Shown: piece by piece, positions 9,549 to 18,665 of the stretch
How positions within the stretch are numbered: position 1 is the first letter of the stretch
How the letters are laid out: every line of letters starts with the position of its first letter
NCBI GenBank assembly: GCA_902760865.1
Contig: CACWID010000010.1
Span: forward strand, 16,864 to 80,863
Source of the DNA: an uncultured Bacteroidales bacterium
GTDB taxonomy: Bacteria; Bacteroidota; Bacteroidia; Bacteroidales; Muribaculaceae
Length of the DNA: 64,000 bases
Direction of reading: 5' to 3'
The notes under the pieces: model-generated
Database searches by the model: none
The model's input: only the letters and a program-made list of their open reading frames with translations
What the model was told of the DNA's origin: nothing
Made by a program: the position numbers and the translations under genes

Positions 9549-9699
9549 GTTCTAGCAGTTGAATTATGACACATTCTCAGCTGCTAACGCGCTGATTGAT
9601 AATCAATCATTTTGTCGGACTCGCGTTATTGATAAAGCGAAACACGGTGCTTGCCCATAAGCTTGGACAAGCACCGTGTAACTCCATTAACTCAATGTT

Positions 9700-10089
9700 T
9701 TACATTTTTGCTGCGATGGCGGCTGCGATAGCCTGCATCTCCTCGGCGGGCAGACTCAGCTTGTTGCCGAATCTCATGTCCTTCTCGGTCTGCAGCGGAA
9801 CGAGGTGGATGTGGCAGTGGGGCACCTCCATGCCGAGCACGGCGACGCCGATGCGCTTGCAGGGGACGGCCTGTTCCAGAGCCATGGCCACCTTGCGGGC
9901 GAATGCCCACAGGCCGGCATACTCTTCCTCGTCGAGGTCGAACATGTAGTTCACTTCATGCTTGGGGATGACCAGGGTGTGGCCCTTGGCCATCGGGTTG
10001 ATGTCGAGGAAGGCGAAGTAGCGGTCGTCCTCGGCCACCTTGTAGCTGGGAATTTCACCAGCGGCGATTTTGCTGAATATCGTTGCCAT
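9700..10089 (-). CDS. HIT (histidine triad) family protein
   Basis: 129 aa with histidine triad HCHIHLVP and N-terminal IFSKIAAGEIPSYKV. Confidence 0.9.
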   Translation of the reverse strand: MATIFSKIAAGEIPSYKVAEDDRYFAFLDINPMAKGHTLVIPKHEVNYMFDLDEEEYAGLWAFARKVAMALEQAVPCKRIGVAVLGMEVPHCHIHLVPLQTEKDMRFGNKLSLPAEEMQAIAAAIAAKM

Positions 10090-10096
10090 GTTTCTT

Positions 10097-10567
10097 TTAG
10101 ATTTCGATTTTCATGATTTCAAACTTGATCACACCGGCGGGAGCGTGTACTTCCACTTTGTCGCCCACCTTGTGGCCGAGCAGGCCCTTGGCAATGGGAG
10201 TGGTGATCGAGATTTTGCCTTCGCGCAGGTTGGCCTCGGTCTCAGTAACGATGGTATAGGTCATCTGAGCCTTGCTCTTGACGTTGCGGATGGTCACCTT
10301 GGTGAGCAGCTGTACCTCGTCGGTTGTGATTTTACTCTCATCGATGATGCGTGCCGATGCAATCAGGCTTTTCAATTCGGCAATCTTAGCCTCGAGCATG
10401 CCTTGGCGTTCCTTTGCGGCATCATATTCTGCATTCTCTGAAAGGTCACCCTTGTCGCGGGCCTCGACAATAGCACGAACAACCTCGGGGCGTTCTACAT
10501 TCTCGAGATGGGAAAGCTCGGCCATTTTCTTGTCGTAACCTTCCTGTGTCATGTAAGTAATAGCCAT
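10097..10567 (-). CDS. greA: transcription elongation factor GreA
   Basis: 156 aa. Coiled-coil N-terminus with DLSENAEYDAAKERQ, followed by a Gre C-terminal domain. Confidence 0.9.
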   Translation of the reverse strand: MAITYMTQEGYDKKMAELSHLENVERPEVVRAIVEARDKGDLSENAEYDAAKERQGMLEAKIAELKSLIASARIIDESKITTDEVQLLTKVTIRNVKSKAQMTYTIVTETEANLREGKISITTPIAKGLLGHKVGDKVEVHAPAGVIKFEIMKIEI

Positions 10568-10668
10568 GCTAAATACTGTGTTTTAAATTTTTAAAGTCTC
10601 AAAAAATGAGAAGAATCTCAACTATTTGCTGGTGAGATCCCTCGCGGTTAATATTTGGTTTATCGCTG

Positions 10669-10676
10669 CAAAGGTA
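10669..10676 (-). promoter_or_regulatory. -7 box TACCTTTG (minus strand)
   Basis: About 100 nt upstream of the greA start at 10567. Confidence 0.55.
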
Positions 10677-10805
10677 GTGCTTTTTTTGATTTCTGATGGC
10701 AGATTGTTAATAAAATCGTGCTTTTTTTTAAAAATTTAACCGAAGACGGTGGCTGCGACAGCCCTTGGAGTGCCGATTCAGTGTCACATGGCGAAAGGAA
10801 CAGGA

Positions 10806-12242
10806 TTAGCGGCGCCACAGGGTGATAACCTGGCGCGTGGCAATGGCGATGCTGACGACGGTGATGACGATGGCCAGCGGCAGGAGGCCGCCCTCCATCG
10901 CCGCCATGACGCTCGAGGCCACAGCCAGCGTCCACAACAGGTTGTAGATGCTCGCGCGGGTCACCCTCAAGCGGTACATCCCGAAGTAAACCACCGCCAC
11001 GATGATGCTGTATAGCAGGTAAGACACCAGGAAGGCTACACCCAGGCCCGTCAGTCCCCACCAGCGGTAGAAGACGATGTTCAGCACCAGGTTGATGACA
11101 GCACTCGCCACCTCGGTCCACAGGTAGGTCTTGCCGTCGCCCTTGGCCAGGATGGTGAACGCCAGGCACCACGACAGCGTGCGCAGCACGGTGCCGATCA
11201 TGCCCCAGGACACGAACGTGAGGATGACGTTGAACTCCGGCGTGTAGAGAATCCATACCACCAACTCGCGCAGGAGGATGAACAGGGCCACTACGGGAGC
11301 CATCACGGCTAGCGAGACATTGATTTCTTGTGACACAAAGGCGCGCAGCCTGATGCGGCTGTCTGCCACTTGCGACAGGCGGGGGTAGTACTCCATGCCT
11401 AGGGCCGTCAGAATCAATCCCGTATATTTATTTATTAATGTGTAACCGGCCTGGTAGAAACCCACCTGCTCGGTGCCCGCATGGACGTTGAGCCATGCAT
11501 TGAAGGCATAGCTCGCCAGAATGCTGGCAAAGTTGCCCAGCGTCATGTAGATGCCCAGCCTGACAAAGCCTTTGCCCATGTCGAACGTCTCGCGACGGTC
11601 CACGTGGGCGACCGGGTACTCACGGTCGCGGAACAGCCATGCGAAGGTGGCCAGAGCGAGCGCATAGGCAATGATAGACGGCAGGATGCTGCGCTCACGC
11701 AGCAGGTAGAACAGCGGTATGGAAACAGCAAGTCCCACGATCGTGCCCCACAGGGTGACGCTGGCCAGCCGCTTGAGGCGGGCGGTGCCTTGCAGCACGG
11801 CATATTCGCCGTTGGTCAGCGCCTGCAGCAGTACGGCGACACTCAGGGCGACGAACCCCCAGATGTGTGTCCCGTCGCCGAAGGTCAGCTGGCTCAGCAG
11901 CGGCGCCATGACCAGGGTGAGCAGTGCACCAGCCAGACCCAGCCAGAGCGACCACTTGCGCACCACGGCAATCATGCGTGACACCAGGCTGCGGTCCTGG
12001 CCAGCCAGTGCCTGGGAGATGTCGCGCACGCTGCTTGAACGGATGCCCAGGTTGGTGCCCGTGGAAATCATCTCCAGCGCATTGTTGAACAGGCCGAACA
12101 AGCCGATGCCCACGGGGCCGATCCACAGGGCGACGAGCTTGGTGCGGATGATGGAACACAGAATGCCCATCACCTGCACTCCGCCGAACAGGCCCATTGC
12201 CTTCATCGCCATGCGTGATATGTTGCCTCGACTGCCTGACAT
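10806..12242 (-). CDS. oligosaccharide/O-antigen flippase (Wzx, MOP superfamily)
   Basis: 478 aa with ~12-14 TM helices. N-terminus FGGVQVMGILCSIIRTKLVALWIGPVGIGLFGLFNN is typical of polysaccharide flippases. Confidence 0.7.
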   Translation of the reverse strand: MSGSRGNISRMAMKAMGLFGGVQVMGILCSIIRTKLVALWIGPVGIGLFGLFNNALEMISTGTNLGIRSSSVRDISQALAGQDRSLVSRMIAVVRKWSLWLGLAGALLTLVMAPLLSQLTFGDGTHIWGFVALSVAVLLQALTNGEYAVLQGTARLKRLASVTLWGTIVGLAVSIPLFYLLRERSILPSIIAYALALATFAWLFRDREYPVAHVDRRETFDMGKGFVRLGIYMTLGNFASILASYAFNAWLNVHAGTEQVGFYQAGYTLINKYTGLILTALGMEYYPRLSQVADSRIRLRAFVSQEINVSLAVMAPVVALFILLRELVVWILYTPEFNVILTFVSWGMIGTVLRTLSWCLAFTILAKGDGKTYLWTEVASAVINLVLNIVFYRWWGLTGLGVAFLVSYLLYSIIVAVVYFGMYRLRVTRASIYNLLWTLAVASSVMAAMEGGLLPLAIVITVVSIAIATRQVITLWRR

Positions 12243-12283
12243 CTATAATACTATTTGGGTGGATGCAATTCGTGAGGGGGAAA

Positions 12284-13243
12284 TCAGCGGTCAGTGATGA
12301 TGACTTCGTAGGTGTTGTACACGATGCCGCGGCCGCCCAGGCGGCACTTTTGCCTCACGAGGCCCTCGTTGAGGTAACGTCCGTGGTCCTCGTTACTGAT
12401 GCCGAAGTCAAAGTAGCGGTATCCCAACCGCGCGCTCTCGTTGATGAGCAGCTCGAACAGCAGCGTCAGCGCCTTGCTGTCCTTGCCGCGGGGCGAGGCT
12501 CCGATGTACTGGCAGTGGGCGACAGGAGATGATAGGTACATCACCACGCCGGCCAGCAATTCGCCGTCAAGGGTCGCGGTATAGAGGCGGATGTTCTCGG
12601 GGAAACGGCCCTGCAGCAACAGCATCTCCTCGAGGGTGTGGACCGGGCGGGTGCCGTAACGCTCGCCGAGCAGTGACGACAGCAGGTGCCAGTAGCCTTG
12701 CCAATCGTCGCTCTCGCCGACCTGGATGCCGGCCTTGCGGGCCGAGTTGGCGCCGCTCTTGTTGCCGCGGTCGAAGGGGAGGGGACAGGTCAGGTCGATT
12801 GTCGTCGAGACGTTGGTCTCGATCAGGGCCGCCTGGTGGCGAAACAGGGCGTAGAGGTCCTCCTCGCAGGGGTAGCGGTGATAGATGTGCGGGATGGCTT
12901 TGTACACAAGGCGCTTGATGCCGTTGTCACGCATCCACGCCATGGCGGCGTCCATGACCTCGACCATCACCGTCGTGTCAAAGTGCTTGAGCGGCACAAT
13001 CCAGCCACCGTAGGTCAGCCCGCGGTGGGAGTAAAGGGTATCGCCGTCCACGTTGGCAGGCAGCAGGGCGCAGGGCTTGCCGTCGCGCAGTGCTACCAGC
13101 GAGCAGTCCCTGAATCGGTCGCTGTGGTAGTCCATGTAGCCGCGCTTGAGCAGGAAAGTGCCGTTGCGGCTATGGCCCACCATCTCGTCCCACATGCCGG
13201 CCATCGATTTGTCATATCGTTGAATCTCTATCATCGACGTCAT
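12284..13243 (-). CDS. GNAT/FemAB-like acyltransferase-fold protein (putative)
   Basis: 319-aa cytoplasmic ORF immediately downstream of the flippase. The assignment is a weak, recollection-based resemblance to FemAB/GNAT-fold proteins. Confidence 0.4.
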   Translation of the reverse strand: MTSMIEIQRYDKSMAGMWDEMVGHSRNGTFLLKRGYMDYHSDRFRDCSLVALRDGKPCALLPANVDGDTLYSHRGLTYGGWIVPLKHFDTTVMVEVMDAAMAWMRDNGIKRLVYKAIPHIYHRYPCEEDLYALFRHQAALIETNVSTTIDLTCPLPFDRGNKSGANSARKAGIQVGESDDWQGYWHLLSSLLGERYGTRPVHTLEEMLLLQGRFPENIRLYTATLDGELLAGVVMYLSSPVAHCQYIGASPRGKDSKALTLLFELLINESARLGYRYFDFGISNEDHGRYLNEGLVRQKCRLGGRGIVYNTYEVIITDR

Positions 13244-13354
13244 TCATTTTTGTGGCAGTGTCATCGTTTATTTTCACGCTAGAATAGAATCTTGACACAC
13301 CGTCCTGTTGGTCCAAACTTCACTAATAAAACGCAAAAATAGCAATAAATGTAT

Positions 13355-13362
13355 TACCTTTG
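13355..13362 (+). promoter_or_regulatory. -7 box TACCTTTG
   Basis: 23 nt upstream of the ATG at 13385. Confidence 0.6.
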
Positions 13363-13384
13363 CCCAAAATTTAAGAGAAAACAA

Positions 13385-14560
13385 ATGAAACTTTCTAAAA
13401 TCGGCCTGTTGCCGCGTATCATCATCGCCATCATCCTGGGCGTTGTGTGCGGCATGTTCTTCAGCGAGTGGGCTGTGAGGTTGTTTGTCACCTTCAACAG
13501 CGTGTTCAGTCATTTCCTGTCGTTCCTCATCCCGCTCATCATCGTGGGACTTGTCACCCCGGCGATTGCCGACATCGGTAAGGGGGCCGGCAAACTGCTT
13601 CTCATCACGGCACTCATCGCCTATGGCGACACGATCTTTTCCGGTTTTTTGAGCTACTTCACGAGCACCGGCATCTTCCCGGCGCTCATCGACCGTAGCC
13701 AGGCCGCGCAGGCCGTCGCGTCGGCCAAGGAGCTGGAGCCCTTCTTCACCATCGAGATTCCGCCCCTGCTCGACGTGATGAGCGCGCTCATCACGGCCTT
13801 TGTCATGGGACTGGGCATCTCCTTCTTTGAGTCACCCAACCTGAAGAAGGCTTTTGACGAGTTCCGTGACATCATTGCCAAGACCATCGAGGTGGCACTC
13901 ATCCCCATCTTGCCGATTTACATCTTCTCGATATTCCTCAACATGTCCTTCACGGGGCAGGCCTGGCGCATCATCAATGTGTTTATCGCCATCATCGGCG
14001 TCATCTTTGTGATGCACATTCTCCTGCTGGTGTTCCAGTACTGTGTTGCCGGCCTCATTGCCAGGCGCAATCCCTTCCGTGCCCTGTATAACATGTTGCC
14101 GGCCTATTTCACGGCCTTGGGCACCTCGTCGTCGGCAGCGACCATCCCTGTCACGCTGGCCCAGGCCAAGAAGAACGGCGTCAGTGACGGTATCGCCGGC
14201 TTTGTCGTGCCCCTGTGCGCGACCATCCACCTCTCGGGCAGCGCGATGAAGATTACCGCGTGTGCCGTCGCCCTGATGATCATGCAGGGCGGCTCCATCG
14301 AGATCGGGCAATTCACCGGATTCATTCTCATGCTGGGCGTGATGATGGTGGCCGCTCCCGGCGTGCCTGGCGGAGCCATCATGGCCGCCCTGGGTGTGCT
14401 GCAGTCCATCCTGGGCTTCACCGCTGAGCAACAGGCCGTAATGATAGCCCTTTACATCACGATGGACAGCTTCGGCACCGCCTGCAACGTGACTGGTGAC
14501 GGCGCCATTGCGCTGGTGGTGGACCGCATCTATAGCCGCAAAAGTGCCGAGAATAGCTGA
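13385..14560 (+). CDS. dicarboxylate/amino acid:cation symporter (DAACS/SDF family)
   Basis: Start moved to ATG 13385 because a TACCTTTG -7 box (13355-13362) lies inside the longer ORF. Family motif LGTSSSAATIPVTL and GDGAIALVVD. Polytopic. Confidence 0.8.
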   Translation: MKLSKIGLLPRIIIAIILGVVCGMFFSEWAVRLFVTFNSVFSHFLSFLIPLIIVGLVTPAIADIGKGAGKLLLITALIAYGDTIFSGFLSYFTSTGIFPALIDRSQAAQAVASAKELEPFFTIEIPPLLDVMSALITAFVMGLGISFFESPNLKKAFDEFRDIIAKTIEVALIPILPIYIFSIFLNMSFTGQAWRIINVFIAIIGVIFVMHILLLVFQYCVAGLIARRNPFRALYNMLPAYFTALGTSSSAATIPVTLAQAKKNGVSDGIAGFVVPLCATIHLSGSAMKITACAVALMIMQGGSIEIGQFTGFILMLGVMMVAAPGVPGGAIMAALGVLQSILGFTAEQQAVMIALYITMDSFGTACNVTGDGAIALVVDRIYSRKSAENS

Positions 14561-14661
14561 TTTGTCTAGAAATCAGAGGCATGATGTCTAGCAGTGAAGA
14601 GGCTTTAGACTGTTTTTTTGAAAAAAAGTAAGAAAAAATTTTGTATGTGAGAAAAACATAT

Positions 14662-14669
14662 TAACTTTG
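14662..14669 (+). promoter_or_regulatory. orphan -7 box TAACTTTG with no ORF downstream
   Basis: Exact TAnnTTTG match in the 290-nt gap between convergent genes. Confidence 0.35.
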
Positions 14670-14675
14670 TAGCGC

Positions 14676-14760
14676 ATAAAAGGGAAAAATCAATTTTGAT
14701 TTATCAAAGAGTTTCGGATTAACGTACTGTCGTGATGATAGATGGTTAATCCATTTTTTA
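14676..14760 (+). ncRNA. candidate small RNA (orphan promoter to weak hairpin + T-run)
   Basis: -7 box at 14662-14669. GGATTAAC...GTTAATCC stem (14716-14752) followed by ATTTTTTA. No ORF in between. Confidence 0.2.
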
Positions 14761-14772
14761 TGTCCTTACCCC

Positions 14773-14818
14773 AAAAATAACAAATCGGGTGGCGCAGAGA
14801 TTACTGCTGCGCCACCCG
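14773..14818 (-). terminator. rho-independent terminator of the LRR-dockerin gene
   Basis: 12-bp stem CGGGTGGCGCAG/CTGCGCCACCCG, followed on the minus strand by TTTGTTATTTTTGG. Confidence 0.7.
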
Positions 14819-14850
14819 ATGATGTTGTGGGAAATCTGTGATGTGGAGGA

Positions 14851-17800
14851 TCAATTACCGCCCAGGATGATGCTGGTCAGGGCATTGACATCGGCAATGT
14901 TCACCTCGCCGTCACCGTTCACGTCGGCATACTTGTTCCAAGTGTTGTTCAGGATAAAGTCGATCACTGCGTTGATGTCGGCAATGCTTACCTCGCCATC
15001 GAGGTTCACGTCGCCCTGCAGGGGCTCTTCCTCTTCCTGATCAACGTAGGTGGCACCGCACACGCCGTAGGCCTCGACGCCCTCGACAGCAAACATGACC
15101 TCGGTGGACATCGTGCCGTCCTCGTTGGGCTTAGCACGCATGCACTTGATGCCGCTGTGGTGCAACGGGTTGTTGACATCCAGGGGTACACTCTTGCGGA
15201 TGGCCTGCTCGTCGTTCTCAGGTGCGATGTAGCTCCAGTAAACGTACTCGCCGTCGCCATTGATCTGGGCCACATTAGCCAACTCGCCGCTGTCCTGGGC
15301 ACCCTCGACCTTGATGGGAGAGTCGTCGATGAGTTCGCAGTCGGCGATGCGCAGGTTCTCGTTGCCCTCCAGGTCGGCACCGGTCTGCAGGTTCTCAATC
15401 TTGCTCAGGGCAATGCGGTAGATACCGGGCACGCAGCCGTTGGGGTCGGTCTGCACCTGCATGTACAGGTAGCCGTTCTCCTCGTCGAGGTAGAAGGTCT
15501 TGATGATGGCGTCCTTGAACAGCGCGTTGAAGTGCTTGGTGTGGCCAGCGCCGCCGTCGGGGTAGATGTCACCCTTAGTGAAGCGCAGCAGGCACAGGCC
15601 GTTGAACTTCTTGCTCATCCAGAAGATGCCGTGCTTGTCCTGGGTGAAGCCACCGGTGATGGAGCCCCAGCTGATCTCGTCGTTGTAGTAGGGGAGCCAC
15701 TGGTTCTGCAGCAGGAAGGGCTGCTGGCCATAGAGGCCCGTCGTGTCGGCGTTCAGCTCGTGGATGCCCACGTTGCGGTCGCTGATGTAGATCTTGTTCT
15801 CGTTCTTGTCGATGAACATGGTGAAGGGATCCTCGCTGGGTGCGTAGCCCACATTATTTAATACGGTCACGCGGTAGAAGATGCCGTTGGTGTTGTTCAC
15901 GTAGAACAGCTCACCGTCGCCCAGGGGCTGGTTGGGATCCTGGTAAGTGAAGTTCTTACCGGCCACGGCTACATACACACGGTTCTTGTAGCTTTGCAGT
16001 GTGAAGGCGTGCTGGCCGGCGTTGAAGTTGGTATTCACGATGTTGCCGTCCTCGTCCTTGTACATCAGGTCGCCGCTCGTGGTGGCGAAGTACAGGCCGG
16101 TGGGGCAGCCCAGGGTCGCGCCGTCACCCTCGATGGTCGGGTCGGCTACGATATTGAGGTAACGCCACTGGTTGGCACTCTTGAACTTGTCAACCGATTC
16201 GGGAGCCACCTTGCAGATGACATCACCCTGACCCTCGTTGAACACACCTGCTGCCAGGGCGGGCGTGTTGACGTTGAGCACGCGCAGCTCCTTGATGGTG
16301 ACGGGAACCGAGCCTTGTTCCATATAGTTCACGTTGGCGGGAATCTCCATGCTCTCCAGTGCGGTGCAGCCCTCAAAGCAGTTGCGCATCATGTTGGTCG
16401 TGGTGCTGGGCAGCGTCACGTCGGACAACTGCTGGCAACCGGCGCACAAGCCCTGAGGTATCTCGTTGCGACCCTCGGCGATGACAATCGACTGCAGGGC
16501 GGAGCCGGCGAACACGTTCTGGCCCACGGTGACGTTGCTCTCGAGCGTGAAGCTCTCGATATCACTATAGGCAAAGCCGTAGTTGCCGATGGTCGTCAGC
16601 GCGGGCAGGTCAACGCTGGTGAACGGGGCATAAGCCAGACCGTAGTTGTCGATGCTGGTCACGGTGCCGTTGCTGTAGGTCGTGCCGATTTGGCCCTCGT
16701 GGGCGGTCACCAGCAGGCGGCTGCCGCTGTCATTCAGCAGAACCCCGTTTTCGAGTTTGAAGACGCCGTTGTCCTCGGCAAGGGTGATATTGGCAAGGGT
16801 GGGGATGGGAGCAAATGCGCCCTGGCCGATGCTGGTCACGGTGGCGGGAATGCTCACGCCGGCCAGCTGTGTGCCGGCAAAGGCTTGTGTGCCGATGGCG
16901 GTCAAGCCGTCAGGAAGAACGATGTCACCTGCGAGCTTGCTGTTCTCAAACGCACTCTGGCCGATACTGGTCAATGCGCTCGGGAATGTGAAGGCAGTAA
17001 TGGCCGTGTTGTAGAAGGCGGTGATACCGATGCTGGTCACGCCGTCGCCCATGGTGACGTTCTTGAGGTTGCGGCAGCCGTTGAAGGCGCTCTGCTCGAT
17101 GGTCGTCACGGCAACGGGGATGTCGATACCGGTCAGCGAGGTGCAGCCCGAGAAGGCGCTGTTGCCGATGCTGTTCACCTTGTTGCCTTCCTCAAAGGTT
17201 ACCGTCTCCAGTGCCGTACAGCCTTGGAATGTGGTGCCCTGGATGGTTGTGGTCTCGCCACCGATAACCAGCGACTTGAGCGCGCCCATGTTGTGGAACG
17301 GCTGCTCGTTGTTCAGGTAGGCGCTGGCATCGACGTTGCGGCCCATGTAGATGTACTCGATGCTGTTGATGGCAACACGGGCCTCGGCATTGGAACCGAA
17401 CATATTGACCTTCATCTCGACGGGAGCATCACCGGTAGTGATGATCAGTCGCTTCAGGTTCGGGCAGTTGGCGAACTCCTCGCTGACGGGCTTCTTCCAG
17501 CCGGCATAGATGATGACCTCCTCCAGGGAAGTACAGCCGTTGAACACACCGGTGCCTACGCTGGTCACCGTCTCGGGCAGCGGGCTCACGGTAAGGCTCG
17601 TACAGCCCTTGAAGCAGTTGCGGCCGATGGTCACACAGGTCGCGGGCAGCGTCACCGACGTCAGGTCGCGGCAATCAGCAAAGGCGTTGGCAGCGGTAGC
17701 CACCACGGTATAATCCGTGCCCTCGTAGTCGAAGGTCTCGGGGATGACAACGTCGCCGGTGTAGAAGAGCGTGTCGGCAGGAGTCGTCGCGGTGGCCTTG

Positions 17801-17970
17801 ATGATGGTGTACTTGGCAACAGTGGCTGTCCCGTCGTTCTTGGTGGTGTAGTTGATACCGTCCACTGTGATGCTGGCGGCATGAACAGCGGTCGCTGCTG
17901 CGAGGCAGCACACGATGGCCGCGAGGCGTGTCAACCATTTCTTGTGAGTAAATAATCCATTCATACGCAT
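14851..17970 (-). CDS. secreted BspA-type leucine-rich-repeat protein with beta-propeller-like region and C-terminal dockerin pair
   Basis: 1039 aa with a signal peptide. Many ~23-aa LRR units (IGxxAFxxCxxLxxVxIPxxVTxI). C-terminus DVNLDGEVSIADINAVIDFIL...DVNGDGEVNIADVNALTSIIL. Confidence 0.75.
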   Translation of the reverse strand: MRMNGLFTHKKWLTRLAAIVCCLAAATAVHAASITVDGINYTTKNDGTATVAKYTIIKATATTPADTLFYTGDVVIPETFDYEGTDYTVVATAANAFADCRDLTSVTLPATCVTIGRNCFKGCTSLTVSPLPETVTSVGTGVFNGCTSLEEVIIYAGWKKPVSEEFANCPNLKRLIITTGDAPVEMKVNMFGSNAEARVAINSIEYIYMGRNVDASAYLNNEQPFHNMGALKSLVIGGETTTIQGTTFQGCTALETVTFEEGNKVNSIGNSAFSGCTSLTGIDIPVAVTTIEQSAFNGCRNLKNVTMGDGVTSIGITAFYNTAITAFTFPSALTSIGQSAFENSKLAGDIVLPDGLTAIGTQAFAGTQLAGVSIPATVTSIGQGAFAPIPTLANITLAEDNGVFKLENGVLLNDSGSRLLVTAHEGQIGTTYSNGTVTSIDNYGLAYAPFTSVDLPALTTIGNYGFAYSDIESFTLESNVTVGQNVFAGSALQSIVIAEGRNEIPQGLCAGCQQLSDVTLPSTTTNMMRNCFEGCTALESMEIPANVNYMEQGSVPVTIKELRVLNVNTPALAAGVFNEGQGDVICKVAPESVDKFKSANQWRYLNIVADPTIEGDGATLGCPTGLYFATTSGDLMYKDEDGNIVNTNFNAGQHAFTLQSYKNRVYVAVAGKNFTYQDPNQPLGDGELFYVNNTNGIFYRVTVLNNVGYAPSEDPFTMFIDKNENKIYISDRNVGIHELNADTTGLYGQQPFLLQNQWLPYYNDEISWGSITGGFTQDKHGIFWMSKKFNGLCLLRFTKGDIYPDGGAGHTKHFNALFKDAIIKTFYLDEENGYLYMQVQTDPNGCVPGIYRIALSKIENLQTGADLEGNENLRIADCELIDDSPIKVEGAQDSGELANVAQINGDGEYVYWSYIAPENDEQAIRKSVPLDVNNPLHHSGIKCMRAKPNEDGTMSTEVMFAVEGVEAYGVCGATYVDQEEEEPLQGDVNLDGEVSIADINAVIDFILNNTWNKYADVNGDGEVNIADVNALTSIILGGN

Positions 17971-18110
17971 TCAGGTTTTTAAGTGATTATTATTAATTTG
18001 ATAATTTTCAATCCGTTTCAACCCACAAATGTAAACAAAAAAAAGAAAATCGGCACATTTTTCCATCCTTTTTTTCATGATGTGCGATTTCTTCTGTCGG
18101 GCAATAACAA

Positions 18111-18142
18111 AGCTGCCCTGACGCTCACGTGTCAAGGCAGCT
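18111..18142 (-). terminator. terminator-like hairpin downstream of HU
   Basis: AGCTGCCCTGAC...GTCAAGGCAGCT with 11 of 12 bases paired and T-rich flanks on both strands. Confidence 0.5.
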
Positions 18143-18173
18143 TTTTAGTTCCCTGAAAACAAGCAATGCTTGA

Positions 18174-18452
18174 TTACTTCTTGTTCACCTTCATGGCCAG
18201 GTCAGCACCGGGTTTGAATTTAACGACCTTCTTTGCGGGGATCTTGATGGCTTCCTTGGTAGCGGGGTTGATACCCTTGCGAGCATCCTTCTTCACTACC
18301 TGGAAGGTACCGAAACCGATAAGGGCTACCTTGTCACCTTTCTTCAGGGTGCCTTCTACAGCCTCGAGGGTTGCTTCGAGAGCGGCCTTGGCCTGTACCT
18401 TGGTCAGATTGGCTTTCTCAGCGATTGCTTGGATTAATTCAGTCTTGTTCAT
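18174..18452 (-). CDS. hup: HU family DNA-binding protein
   Basis: Start taken at MNKTELIQAIAEKANLTKVQAKAALEA...GFGTFQVVKKDARKGINPATKE (92 aa). The longer ORF extension is AT-rich leader sequence. Confidence 0.9.
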   Translation of the reverse strand: MNKTELIQAIAEKANLTKVQAKAALEATLEAVEGTLKKGDKVALIGFGTFQVVKKDARKGINPATKEAIKIPAKKVVKFKPGADLAMKVNKK

Positions 18453-18512
18453 AGTGTAATTGATTAATAAAATTATTGATGTGAATAAATGAAATTGTTC
18501 GTTTTGTTGTCG

Positions 18513-18520
18513 CAAATATA
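18513..18520 (-). promoter_or_regulatory. -7 box TATATTTG (minus strand)
   Basis: About 60 nt upstream of the HU start at 18452. Confidence 0.55.
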
Positions 18521-18635
18521 AGTAAAACAACGGTTTCACCAAAAAAAAAGCAAAAAAAAATGCCTTTTTCCGCTTAAAAACAGTGCTTTTTGGCTTTTTT
18601 AATCGCAAAATAGCTGAAAATAGGGACTTTTTCTC

Positions 18636-18643
18636 TACTTTTG
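18636..18643 (+). promoter_or_regulatory. -7 box TACTTTTG
   Basis: 23 nt upstream of the rhomboid ATG at 18666. Confidence 0.6.
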
Positions 18644-18665
18644 TGCCATAAAAAATTAAGAACTA

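Noticed and set aside
13349-13384. Longer start for the DAACS transporter (ORF track start 13349).
   Set aside because: A perfect TACCTTTG -7 promoter box (13355-13362) lies inside the extension, so transcription most likely starts downstream of it. The ATG at 13385 gives a normal N-terminus.
18453-18608. 52-codon N-terminal extension of the HU ORF.
   Set aside because: The extension is Phe/Lys/Leu-rich AT-driven sequence containing the likely promoter (TATATTTG at 18513-18520). HU family proteins are about 90 aa and start at MNKTELI.
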